From Convolutriloba macropyga (Eukaryota), in the NCBI RefSeq assembly GCF_964194025.1, contig NC_134472.1, positions 14,942,001 to 15,006,000 of the forward strand: a DNA stretch of 64,000 nucleotides. The letters run 5' to 3'. Below the pieces are notes generated by a model, which saw nothing but the letters and a program-made list of their open reading frames with translations, made no database searches and was not told the origin of the DNA. Within the stretch, counting starts at the first letter, position 1. Each line of letters opens with the position of its first letter. A program made the translations under genes and the position numbers. Below, piece after piece: positions 53,169 through 64,000 of the stretch.

Positions 53169-54059
53169 TTAATTTCTGTCCTCCTTATACCTGCGTCCTG
53201 CATCCACCTGGGCCTTTTGCATCGCCCCTCCTATCAAGATATTACTGCGATCACGGGTCACCCATCCGTTATTGTCGAGGTAGTCCTCCACGGGAACAGT
53301 GCCTGCGTCTATATAGTGTTGGAGAATGTTTTCATATGATAAGTTTGATGACTTTGGTATTGTACTATTATTACTTAGTAATGTGTTTGGCTTTCTTCCA
53401 AAATAAGCTTGGAAAGGTGTTAAATTTGTTGTCTTTTGTTTGCATATACGTAATTGATATACTATTGACTTTATTGCTTCTTTAATTGTGAATGTGTTAT
53501 TTCTATTATCTAATTTCATGCAGCCTAAACGTCTTTTAATTGTTTGTATCAAACGCTCTACTAATCCAATAGCTCTAAGGTCATTAGCAGGGGCAGTGAT
53601 TATGTTAATACTATTTTGTTTACAGAATTTCTTGACGTTATATCCAATTAAACAACGTGCTTGATCTAACCTAATGTTTCGGGGAACACAGTGTATTTGA
53701 ATATATTCATCTAAAAATTTAATTACATTAGGTCCATTAGCTTTATCAAAGACTTCTACAGTAGGGTATTTGGAAAAACGGTCAATACATGCGAGAAAAT
53801 GTATATCTTGGTCGTTTTCATTCGTAATAGGGCCGCCGAAATCAATTTGTGTTTCTTCATTAGGCTCTGAACAATTTAATAAAGACTTCCATTTCGACGC
53901 CGGAACGACTGGTTTGAGGTTTTTACCAATATCAGTACAAGGCTTCCACTGGGCAGCCTTGGTAAGGATCTCGCGGTGCATGTACGGCCAGAACGCATAC
54001 TGTCCAAGGGTAAAAATACCCCAGCTGCCGGGATCAGTGAGTTGAAGACTCTCTAGCAC
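53169..54059 (-). pseudogene. Gypsy integrase core
   Basis: D-D-E residues in QIDFGGP / RLDQAR / GLVER. Confidence 0.9.
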
Positions 54060-55243
54060 AGCGTCCTGGATTCAGTGTGATAATGCCACACGTTCGTCTA
54101 CGCAGACGCAGCCGGACCGAACATGTAGGTCTCTCCAATTAGAGAAGAGGTAGGGGTTCACCTCCTTGCATCGTTGAGCGTCATTTTCGAGGATACAGTC
54201 TTGCACCTCTTTGAGTATTGCATCCTTGCTTGTGAGGACAGCCAGAAACCCTTCGGTGAATAACTGTGTCACGTTATTCCCGAACACCTCTTCTTTGGAT
54301 AGTTCAAGATTGGGCAAATTCTGGCCTTCATTGGAGGAGTGAGTGGAATTCACTGCGGAATTTGGTGTAGATTGAAAAATGACCCTGCTGTAGGTAGATG
54401 GAGTTTGGGGAATTGACCTCGGGTTAGTCATATTTTCTTGAGAAATTGAGTGTATTTATGATATGTTTGTTTTATTAGAATTATGTTGCATTTGAGTTGA
54501 GTTATTGTGTATGTTAGAATTTAAGTGGAATTGAGCTGCCTTTGCAGAATTATCAAGAAGCAACTGAGTTGTGTTACGATTTATGGCAGAAAGCAAATTG
54601 GAATAGTTTGTTGAGTGGGGGTGTGAGGTACGTGTGGAATGTGTGTGATTGACGCTGCTAAAGTGCTGTGATTGGCAGTTTTGCTGTGTGGTATTTACAT
54701 AAATTGCTGCAATAGCGTCACAAATGCGGGTAATTGCTGCCACCGCAAATTCCTCATCATATTTGTTTGTAACTTTTGCTTCTTGATTTGGTTGGCGGGA
54801 AATGTAATCTACCAGCTCCATTTTTGCGCCTGGTATATGTCCAATATTAAAATTAAAGGTTAACAGACGATCTACCCAACGGGTTAAACGACTATTACAT
54901 GATTTGTTAGATCGGTGTTCTTTCATAATAGAAAGTAGTGCTCGATGATCCGTAATGATTGTGAATGATTTGCCAAATAAAAAACGTTTAAATTATTCTA
55001 CGGACCACAAAACCCTAAAAATTCTAATTCATTAATGCTGTAACGTTCCTCATTTGAATTCAGGAAACCAGACGCAAATGCAACCGTATGCCAACTCGTG
55101 GTGAACGTTGTTCTAAGGCTGCTTCTAATCCTGCTCTGGATGCATCGCATTTGATCCGTGTTTCCAAGTGTGGATTATAATGTGTGTTTTCTGTTGCCTT
55201 TGCAACTTTATTTTTAATTGATTGGAAGTGAGTTTCAAGTTCA

Positions 55244-55962
55244 TCATTCCAGAAAGAATTTTGTATTCTTTGTAAGCAATGGACGAAGTGGATGACATAA
55301 TTGAGATAAGTTAAGGATGAATTCGCCTGGGTGATGAACTGAACCTAGAAATGAGCGTAAATGCTTTAGATTTTTAGGTGCTGATAAATTTAAAATTGCT
55401 GCTGTTTTAGATTCAAGTGGTGCGATTAATGACCTAATGACGTAAAATTTTGACCTAACCATTCTATTTTGGTTCTAGTGAAATGACATTTAAGTAAATT
55501 TATTCTCAGATTATCGTCGTCCAATTTTTTTAAACATTTGTAGACTAACTTTAATTGATCTCCTTTAGAGCCTCTACTGACTATAATAATATCATCTAAG
55601 AAACAGTGAGTGTTACTTAGTCCAACTATTGTGTAGTCCATCACTTTTTGTAAAGCTGCTGGCATGTCAGTTAATCCATAGAATCCCGTAATGAAGCGAT
55701 TTGTACCAGTGCCTTCGACGCTAATAATATTGAAGTTGCAATATCTAGCCGTTTCCGGGTCTAATATAATTTGGCTGTATGAGTACTTCAAATCCAGTGT
55801 TGAAAAATATGCTGTATCCTGTGACGCATTTGTTTTTAAATTTTGTTGAATTGTGTCAATTAAGTTGTCTATATTCGGCATTTGATGATTATTTTTATGG
55901 ATAGATTTATATAAGATTTTTGAATCTAAGGCTAGTTTAACTGTTTTGTCTCTTTTAACCAT
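55244..55962 (-). pseudogene. Gypsy reverse transcriptase
   Basis: VKLALDSK, FSTLDLKYSYSQ, GFYGL, CFLDDII, KCHF, LRSFLG. Confidence 0.9.
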
Positions 55963-56555
55963 GATAACTCTAGGTGAGATGAAATTTTAATCTGAACAAC
56001 TATATAATTTAATGATGTGTTTTTCTGCAAGTAATTTTTTAAGTTCGTCATCAACCAAAGGTTGTAATTTAACTGGAACTCTGCGTCCGTTTTGGTGTTT
56101 AGGTGTAAAGTTTTTATGAAACGTAGATTTAACTGAGTGTTTTAATTATTTACCGATTCTTGAGATAAGGCCTGGAAAATCAAACGCTATCTGTTTCTTG
56201 ATTAAGAATTGGTTTTGATTGACATTTGCAACTTGTTTTATCTGGGTGAGTGAAAAGCCAAGTTTTGGGAAGAGATCTCGCCAAATTATGGGTCTGTTGC
56301 CATCTTCCACTACTGTCACATTAACACCCTTAGCTACCCAATAGTTACAATTGATTGATGTTTTGATCACTCAAATTGTTTTGATTAGATATCACTAAAA
56401 CTTTTGTCTTGGTACTCCCGATGCAAATGTCTAAATTCATTGGCTCCAATTCTCTATTGTCATTATTAATGGAAATTGTAGTGACACAGTTGTCATCATA
56501 GTCATCATAGTCCGAATCGTAATTAGCATCATAGATGCTATTTTTTTGGAGCAAT

Positions 56556-57653
56556 CTATTCAATATGGTTAACTTGCTCTCCAACTGTTGCTGAAGTACG
56601 CACCGTGGCTGCCTCGGAAACAGATTTATCGACATTGTTTACTCTGGGTTTCGGCTTATATGGGTGTTTCGGTTTTCTGCAGACTTTTGCGAAATGGTTA
56701 GCAATACCGCAGTTTTGCAATTTTTTCCACGGGCAGGACAGTTTTGTCGATGAGCAGCGGACCACCCATAGCCACAGTTTGGACAAATTGTAGGTTTCAC
56801 GAATTGGTTTGTTGGAGGTCGCGATCTATTCCAAGATCCTTGTATGTTATTTACAGATGTAGTTGTGATCTCAATGGTTGTCGAATGAATGGTGATTCCA
56901 GATATCCTTAACTGGTTCTGTATGCCCGTCTCAATATTCATGGCAACTTCTAATGCCCTTTTAGCCGTTCTTGTCTCCTTCAGCAGGTCCCTCTGGATTT
57001 CGCCGTCATGCATATTGTCTATGAAAACGTCACGAATGATTGGTTCTTCATGACTTCCTAAGTCGCAGTTAGAAGACAATTCCCGGAGACAACCGTAGAA
57101 CTTTTCATCAGGTTCTCCTTTCAATTGTATCCTGGTTAGAAAGGTATATCGACCGAAAGTGATATTTCTTTGTTTAGTAAATACCTGTAAATCCCACAGA
57201 TCCTTTGTTGTAACACGATCAATCTGGATATTTGGGTCTGAGGAACCAAATATTCGTCGTCCTTCCATCCCCAGGCTGAGATTAGTCAAAGAGACAGCTT
57301 TGTTGTCGCAAAGCTTCCAATGTTTATCGCAGCTTAATATACCTGCAAGTTTTATTTTCTGACAACGATTCAACCACGCATTTTTGAGTTACTCGTTCCT
57401 AGTTTTTCGATCTCTTTCGCCCTGAGACGTACTGTTCTTGACATTATCCTTGTATATAGGCTCGGAAGGGAAGGTGACTTTGTCTGGGGGTATCTTCTCC
57501 TAGGGTGTCGATCGATATACTTTCTTTTGCCGAGATAGCCAATTTCAGCAATATCTGCCAGTGATCCCATCTTAAGGGTGGTTCTAGAGTTGGTTTCTCC
57601 CAAAAGGTTTCGATTCCAAGGAGTGAACGTTCTTTGACTACTGACTGCGCCAT
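56556..57653 (-). pseudogene. Gypsy gag (frameshifted)
   Basis: MAQSVVKERSLLGIETFWEKP..., LRELSSNCDLG..IIRDVFI, and zinc knuckles. Confidence 0.85.
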
Positions 57654-57933
57654 GTGATACCTCTGACTGTGGTAATATGTATATGAGCCACGAATATGCT
57701 TTAAATTATTTGAATTGGATTCGAGGCGCGAATCCAATGTAATACTAAAGTGTTGAATTACCAATTTTAGTTTGGCTTAGCAATAGAGCTACGAATGTAG
57801 ACCTAATCTGACGGCGTTAAAATCCTCCTCAAATCAAGAAAGAATTCTTCTGACCGCAAAACTAAGAACGATTGAGAACAAATGAATTGAATGAGTTTTG
57901 TTAAGAGATTGAAATATTAACAAAAGTGGGACA
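57653..57933 (-). repeat. 5' LTR of Gypsy element 2
   Basis: TGT...ACA, 281 bp, abutting the PBS. Confidence 0.9.
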
Positions 57934-58646
57934 TATGAACAAACTGAAAAGTTGACTTCTTAGTCGGCGGTAAACTTAATTTAAGTGAAATATGACTTTT
58001 AATAAGACAAGGGCAAGCTTAATATAATTTAGTACAAATCAACAGAATATGAATTAGAATATGGTACAACCGTACCACAATAGGTAAAAGAACTATTGAA
58101 AATCAGTTCATAAAATCAAGCGCACGGAGCTTTGTGTTGCAATCATTGAATAGAAAATGTCGGATTTTTGGTGTATAACTACTCGCTTTTCTTACTCCTT
58201 TTCTCATCACCATCTTTTAGGATAATGGATAAAAAGGATGTGAAATTTAGTGACAGTAAGCAAAATTAGTACTAGGTTTGCTTCAAAATTGGATATATCC
58301 CTTGTAATTTTGAACGGTGCTTATTTTCGATGGCGCGAGCAGTGAAATTCCGTTAATCCATTTTGCGCCGCAACAAATTACTAATTTCCACATGTCTTAG
58401 TAGTATAAGTAAATGACTAGTAGTAACACTTGGGGGGGGGGGGGGTCACGCACTGTAAAAAAACGACCCCCTCTAAATCGTTACATTTGGCCACTAAAAT
58501 TCTTTAGAAAAGCCCTTGGGCGCGATGGGACAAAATATGAAGACAAAATCAGAACATGAGTTTGGAGAAATTGTCAAGCAAGATCATTTTTTCAAATTAC
58601 AGTTCCAGTAAACAGACGTTAGGTAAAAATCGATAAAACTGATTCA

Positions 58647-58925
58647 ATGAGTACCCAAGTTACGAGAGACGAAATTGATGGGGGTATTACAAACTTGGTT
58701 TTTGATGATGGAAACCGAGAGAGACCTCCATGGCGTTGCTGTTCCAATACCGTAGTCCCTCGATCAGAGATTATATTTTTCGTTCAAGTGAGTATTATAA
58801 TGCTCATGATTAGTCTCTGTTTTGCCATGCTATTCTTGATATCGGAGAGTTGCGAAGAGAAATCAATTTGGATTGCATTGCTTTCGTGTCTGGTTGGTTA
58901 AATTTTACCAAATCCTAAATTATGA
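58647..58925 (+). pseudogene. Polinton small two-TM protein (premature stop at 58899-58901)
   Basis: RSEIIFFVQV...WIALLSCLVG*ILPNPKL*. The final TGA overlaps the ATPase ATG (ATGA). Confidence 0.6.
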
Positions 58926-59610
58926 ATAAAGTCATTCTCACAAACGATAGGATCTTCATGGCGGTTGTAGGCCCAAGTGGTTCTGGGAAAACTGACCTCA
59001 TATTCAACATGTTGCAAAGTAGGTCCTTCTACCCAACATTTCTCAAAATTTATTACTTTTTCAAAGAGTTCCAGGACACATTTACAGCTATACAACAAAA
59101 AATACCGCACATTGAGTTCATCAAGTATTCCAAATTGGATATAACGAAAAGCTTTCGGACTGTCTGCTCGTTTATGATGACTCATGCGAGGAAATTTTTA
59201 ACGACAAAAAGTTTGTGAAAATAGCAACGTCAGGAAGACACAGAAAACTTCATGTGATCTACATCAAACACAACTTATTCCAACAGAGTAAATGGTCGCG
59301 GACATTTGATCTAAACACAACTCATATAGTTTTTTTCAAATCATTGCGTGACATTCAGCAAATAGAATACCTCGGAAAACAGTTGAACTGTCTCCAATTA
59401 CTCAAGGACGCATACAAATTAGCAACAGCTCAACCCTATGGACATTTAATCATTGACCTGGATCCTAAAACAAGTCAAGGCTTACGATTTTTTTCACAAC
59501 TCATTGGTCCCGAACCATCAGTATTCTATATTCCTTCGGAGGAAGCTGTTATTACACCAATTACGAATGAAAAAGAGACATTTGCTTATGCTGAAGCGCT
59601 GGTGCGTTAA
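58922..59610 (+). pseudogene. A32/FtsK-like DNA packaging ATPase (frameshift near 59150)
   Basis: Walker A GPSGSGKT, Walker B LLVYDD (second frame), Arg finger GRH, and HNLFQQ. Confidence 0.9.
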
Positions 59611-59884
59611 CAGCAACCCCAAATCGAAAAGCAAGAGAATTTTTCTAGCCCAAGATATTGAATTCATTCGGTTCCTAAGCGATTGTGTAATGAACGTGCT
59701 CTCTGTTGTTGTCCCAATCAACAAGAAAGAACTACAACAATTCGAACCTCAACTACGACAACTTTCTGAAAAATATTTCAGTGCGCTGGAAAGAAGTAAA
59801 TTATTCCAGACAACGAGAGGGCATTCTCTGATTCAACTAATTGCCAGACCTTGTCTAGAGTATCTACAGAAAAATGCCAACTGA
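59588..59884 (+). CDS. Polinton small basic helical protein
   Basis: FIRFLSDCVMNVL..VVPI..LRQL pattern immediately after the ATPase. It overlaps both neighbouring genes. Confidence 0.55.
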   Translation: MLKRWCVNSNPKSKSKRIFLAQDIEFIRFLSDCVMNVLSVVVPINKKELQQFEPQLRQLSEKYFSALERSKLFQTTRGHSLIQLIARPCLEYLQKNAN

Positions 59885-60605
59885 GGAATTCGTGCTCATT
59901 CCTCGCAACATGTTTATAACTGAACAACCTCAACTGAACAACCCCGCAAATATTAAACAATCCACTAACAAAAAACAAGTCGAAACAACTATCGCTTCTA
60001 CAGAGAACTTCAAAACCAAAAGCCACTAGAAGCGGCCATACAGCAGAACACAGAGCTACAGACAGATGACGTCATGGTTTCCGATGAAGAAGAAAAGCAA
60101 CAAAGTATCCCAGACGACACTAAACGAAAAGAGTTTGATGAAATCAGTCAGAGTGTGATCGATGACATAGATTTTCTCGAAAAAAACAAAAGCAAAAATA
60201 ATTTTGAAGAAACTCAACGGATCACGCAACATTTCACTGGACTTTGAAGGTAAAATCCTGATTAATGGAAGGAACACCGACATTCCAGCATCAACTTTCC
60301 TCTACGCATTACAACAAACATCATCAAAACTTTTGCCTGACGATTATCAAGTATTGAATTATTTGAACCTTGCGCCACATCTCACTTGTAATACTTACGC
60401 AAAGAAGTTCATAAAAATTCCGAAAGAGCAAAAACTACGTCAGTTTCCAGATGGAGCAGCCAGTGAACAGAAACCTGCTATCGAGAGAGCAGAAAAAACA
60501 GAGACTGCCAGCTTTGATGAGGAAGGCTTCGCAGACGCAGAAGAAGAAATTAAAACTCCAACAAGCTGGAAAACTCCATTCAGCGGAAATCAAAAAACTA
60601 ATTAA
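59874..60605 (+). pseudogene. Polinton hypothetical protein (disrupted)
   Basis: Starts MPTEEFVLIPR overlapping the previous stop and continues in the 60204-60605 frame with an acidic C-terminus. Confidence 0.45.
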
Positions 60606-61503
60606 AGTTTACACGAAAGGAAAAGCAGCATTTGGAAGTGTTGCTAACATAAAAGAGGAAAGCGGCTTTTCCCACAAAAAAATTGAAAAATTCCTTCAAT
60701 CGAAGAACTCATACACTAAATATCGTCAATTCCGGAAAAATTTTCCACGATTGAAGGTAGTTGCTTACAGAATAAACGAAATCTGGTCTATGGATGTAGC
60801 CTATATGGACAAAATAGCCAAGCACAACAATGGGGTCAAATACCTATTGATTGCAGTTGACGTTTTATCACGCTATTTACGTGTTCAACCTCTCAGAACG
60901 ATGTATTCGAAGGATTGCGTTGAAGCCCTCAAACAAATGATAAAGACGAAACAACCAGAGAAAGTGTGGACAGACAAAGGCACCGAATTCAAGGGCGAGT
61001 TAAAAACATTTTGTGAAAACAAAAAGATTCATTTGTATACAACCGAAAACGAAACCAAATCTGCGTTTGCGGAAAGAAATATTCGATCACTTAAAAACAT
61101 TATTTACAGATACTTGGAAGAAAAATGGACTTGGAACTATATAAAGGAGCTTCCCAATTTCGTAAATATCATTAACAGTCGTGTTAACCGCGTTACAAAG
61201 TTAGCCCCAAATAAAGTATTCAAAAAACATGAACCATTTTTAATTTCGATTGTTTTGGACAACAATAAATATAAACCACGATTTGAAGAGAGGGACCTGG
61301 TACGAATAGCGAAACCAGACGACACCTTCAGAAAAGATTATACTCAGAATTATACAGACGAAGTTTTCACAGTACTAAGATTGGCTACAACAAGTCCACC
61401 TACCTACAATCTGATTGACATAAACAACGTTAAAATCCTTGGGATGTTTTACGAACCGGAATTAGTACAAGTTGATGCGTTAAACACTGGAGAGGAGCAT
61501 TGA
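60575..61503 (+). CDS. Polinton retroviral-like (rve) integrase; start uncertain
   Basis: WSMDV, VDVLSRY, WTDKGTEF and AERNIRSLK (DDE), plus the C-terminal DLVRI..FRK.Y..NYTDEVF..FYEPEL. The frame is uninterrupted. Confidence 0.92.
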
Positions 61504-62265
61504 TTTCTAACAGCAATGAGTTTACAATTGACTTGTTATCAAATGCATCAATGGACGTTTTTAATGGAAACACTAGGGCATCATTTCGGAACCAATTATC
61601 ACAACCGATACACTTACAGGGAGAATGGCAAGTAGCATTGACATCTCTATCTTTTCCATCAAACATCAACAACTTAAACTCTGGAGAAATAGTTGTTTAA
61701 AAGAACTCAATGACCAATCCAAATGAGTCAAGTAATCGATCCGGACAACTCAGAAAAATTCGGACTGGTATTTACAACAGATGGGAAGATCTAGTCTCGG
61801 AGATTGTTCGCATTGCAAAACGAAAACAGTTCGATCGAAAGTTTGACATGATAACGCAAAAGCTTGTGTTAACATTTGGGGAAATGAAGGATTGTGGTTT
61901 CAAGACGATGAAATTTCCAGCATTCTTGGTTTCAAGGGGACCCCGGACCCCGCACACAATGGTTTTGTTCACATTGGTTATAAGACAAACTTCGAAAATG
62001 GGACCCCGAACGCTCCTAACATGTGGGTGACTCACGTGCACCCATTCTCAAAATCATTGAATCGGAGAGACGTCTGAGAAACGGTAGCCTCAACACAGTA
62101 GCACCTATTGACCATAAAACTTATACAAACTTGGACTACAAGCGTTTACTTTCAAACAATACCCAGAGCATCAAAGTTGAGTTGAGAAGTGAAACTGGGA
62201 AACTGATCCCTTTTACTGGAATTGGTAAAGTTGTTATAAGTCTCAAATTCCAGAGAACAAGCTAA
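61500..62265 (+). pseudogene. Minor capsid (penton-like) protein, disrupted
   Basis: SNASMDVF..NT..SFRNQL..L.GEWQVAL N-terminus and GDSRAPIL..SIKVELRSETGKLIPF..LKF C-terminus, split across three frames. Confidence 0.8.
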
Positions 62266-62268
62266 CTG

Positions 62269-62703
62269 ATGGAAGCCTATTATAATAATCAAGCATCCAA
62301 TTCAATGCCCCATTTCTCAGGACATTATAGACAAAGAGGAAGTGGATTCGGCGCATTAGCTGCTGGCATTGGTCGTGTTGCATTACCCCTAGCCCGACGA
62401 CTTATTTGGCCAGCAGCAAAAACAATTGGAAGAGAATTGCTAGTGCAAGGTGCACCAGAGTTATTAGAATTTGCAACAAAAGAGAAATCAGCGAAGCAAG
62501 CTCTGAAAAGTACAGTTGCAAAAACAGCTAGAAAACAAATCGCACGAGTACTTCAACGAGGACGAAAAGAAATCTATCGAAGGAGGTCGAAGAAGAAAGC
62601 ATACAAAAAGCAGTCTCCACCAAAGAAAAAGATCATTTCGCGAAAAACGAAGCCACAAAGAAGTCGATCAGATTTCTTCTCAAAAGTAAAAAATGCGTAC
62701 TAA
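62269..62703 (+). CDS. Basic core/membrane-active virion protein (pVII/cupiennin-like)
   Basis: YYNNQA..F.G..RQRGSGFG motif, an amphipathic helix and a K/R-rich tail. Confidence 0.7.
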   Translation: MEAYYNNQASNSMPHFSGHYRQRGSGFGALAAGIGRVALPLARRLIWPAAKTIGRELLVQGAPELLEFATKEKSAKQALKSTVAKTARKQIARVLQRGRKEIYRRRSKKKAYKKQSPPKKKIISRKTKPQRSRSDFFSKVKNAY

Positions 62704-63985
62704 CATTGTTATTCCCACAGAGGCAACACATAGCTCATTATACTTGTTCGAGAAACCTCCCCTTCTTGTAACATTTGATCAATCGTTCGAGAAAAAAACA
62801 GGACCTTTGTACTCGCCCACTGGAGTTTGAAATAGTCGGTGACAGAAAAAACTTCATCGAGCTTCAGAAAATTTATCTGGAAATCAAATTTCGAGTTGTT
62901 CGAAATAATGGAAATGATTTACGCTTCACCACGGGAGATGCCAACAACAGTGACACGCCACATCTAGCCAATAATTTCTTACTTTCCCTTTTCGCCGATT
63001 GCATATTGTCAGCAAACGGCATCAAAATTTCTTTCGCCAATGGGCACTACGCACACAAAAGTTTCAAAGAAACAGAATTTTCTCATGGATCGGATGAAAA
63101 AAAACCTGGCTGAAATGTCAAGGATATGATTATGAAGCAGACCCAACAGGCGTCCGAGCCGCTACAATCACAGCTCGACAAGAAACTGTGAGAAGATCTG
63201 CTCAACTCACAATGTATGGAAAAATAGCTACCGATTTCTTTTCTTGCGAGAAGCATCTAACGAGTGGAGTAACGCTGCGAATTTCTTTCCGACGATCACA
63301 GGATGACTTTGCGATTGTGAGTGAAGACGGGGCTAAACACTATAAAATCAAAATCGATGAAGCAAATTTGTTCGTGCGAAAAATGACAGTCTCCGATATT
63401 GTGCTTGGTGCAATCGAGAAAACACTTCTCAAGACACCTGCAATGTACCGCTATAATGAAGTTATTTCGAAAGCTTTTCTAGCAACAGCTGGGCAACAGA
63501 GCTGGAAGCAGGAGGATATTTTCACAAAAGAACCTACTCGTAGACTAATAGTTGCCATGTGCCGCAGCGATGCGTTCATCGGTACTAATACGCTCAATCC
63601 ATTTTCATACCAGAAGTTTGATTTTAATGAGATAATAAGTTACTGTAATGGGTTCGCCACAGCTGGCACACCAATGTCAACAACTGATAATAAACGACTA
63701 TACTACAACTCAATGGCTGCACTAGCTTATGTAGAAAATGGTCACGGGATATCTCTATCTGATTTTCCTAACCATTACATTATGGTGTTTGATCTCACCA
63801 GCACTCAAGAAGCCACACATGATTTAATTCATCCCGAGCTAACAAACTCTTCATTATCTGTGGAACTCAAGTTCGGTGCAGCGTTGCCCCGCAACATTGA
63901 AATTTTATTTCTCGGGGAGAAATGTTCAATAGTTTATATCGATTCTTCGAGAAACGTTTCCAAAAGCGCTCTTCCTATAATCTAA
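62693..63985 (+). pseudogene. Major capsid (hexon-like, double jelly-roll) protein, frameshifted
   Basis: HSSL.LF..PP, LEFEI.G..FI.L..IYL, NNFL.SLF, YAHKSF.ET, NPFSYQKF, FDLT and ELKF..ALP motifs over three frames. Confidence 0.85.
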
Positions 63986-64000
63986 TGGATGAAGATAAAA

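Larger units (their letters stand above)
51900..57933 (-). mobile_element. Ty3/Gypsy (Mag-like) LTR retrotransposon, degraded
   Basis: LTRs of about 280 bp and a PBS TGGCGCAGTCAGTAG. Gag has the double Cys-His knuckle CPNCG..H...CPA..C..CG..NHFAKVC. RT (TLDLKYSYSQ, FLDD), RNase H (CDAS) and integrase (QIDFGGP, LDQA, GLVER) are present. Confidence 0.93.
58399..64000 (+). mobile_element. Polinton/Maverick (adintovirus-like) endogenous element, partial and degraded
   Basis: Compact co-oriented cluster of packaging ATPase, rve integrase, minor capsid, basic core-like protein and major capsid. A candidate AGTAGT terminus is at 58399. The element runs off the window end. Confidence 0.9.

Noticed and set aside
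50248-64000. Idea that the TIR at 50248 is the end of, or has captured, the Polinton
   Set aside because: Its partner TIR and TG TSD are at 51171, closing the element well before the Polinton.

Overview
AT-rich, repeat-dominated animal (eukaryotic) genomic DNA. Host genes are limited to the terminal exon of a HAD-IIA (PGP/NagD-like) phosphatase (1964-2749) and a decayed rhodopsin-type GPCR. The GPCR TM1-TM7 fragments lie in collinear order on the minus strand across about 44 kb. The rest is a nest of mobile DNA: two Mag-like Ty3/Gypsy LTR elements (20855-27346 and 51900-57933), one complete BEL/Pao element with LTRs, PBS, PPT and TSD (41814-49536), a young CR1/L2-group LINE with an intact ORF2, a family of non-autonomous CCC-ended TIR elements with 2-bp TSDs, and the left part of a degraded Polinton/Maverick (adintovirus-like) endogenous virus (about 58399 to window end). 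The most interesting observations are four. (i) The LINE ORF2 has no upstream ATG and follows an in-frame UGA-CUAG readthrough context. (ii) Five TIR elements share one terminus and 2-bp TSDs but carry four unrelated internal repeat types, and two of them contain tRNA-type Pol III promoters. (iii) The Gypsy gag start codon is built from the LTR end plus the tRNA primer-binding site. (iv) The GPCR is shattered by insertions. All alignments were done by eye and no database searches were run.
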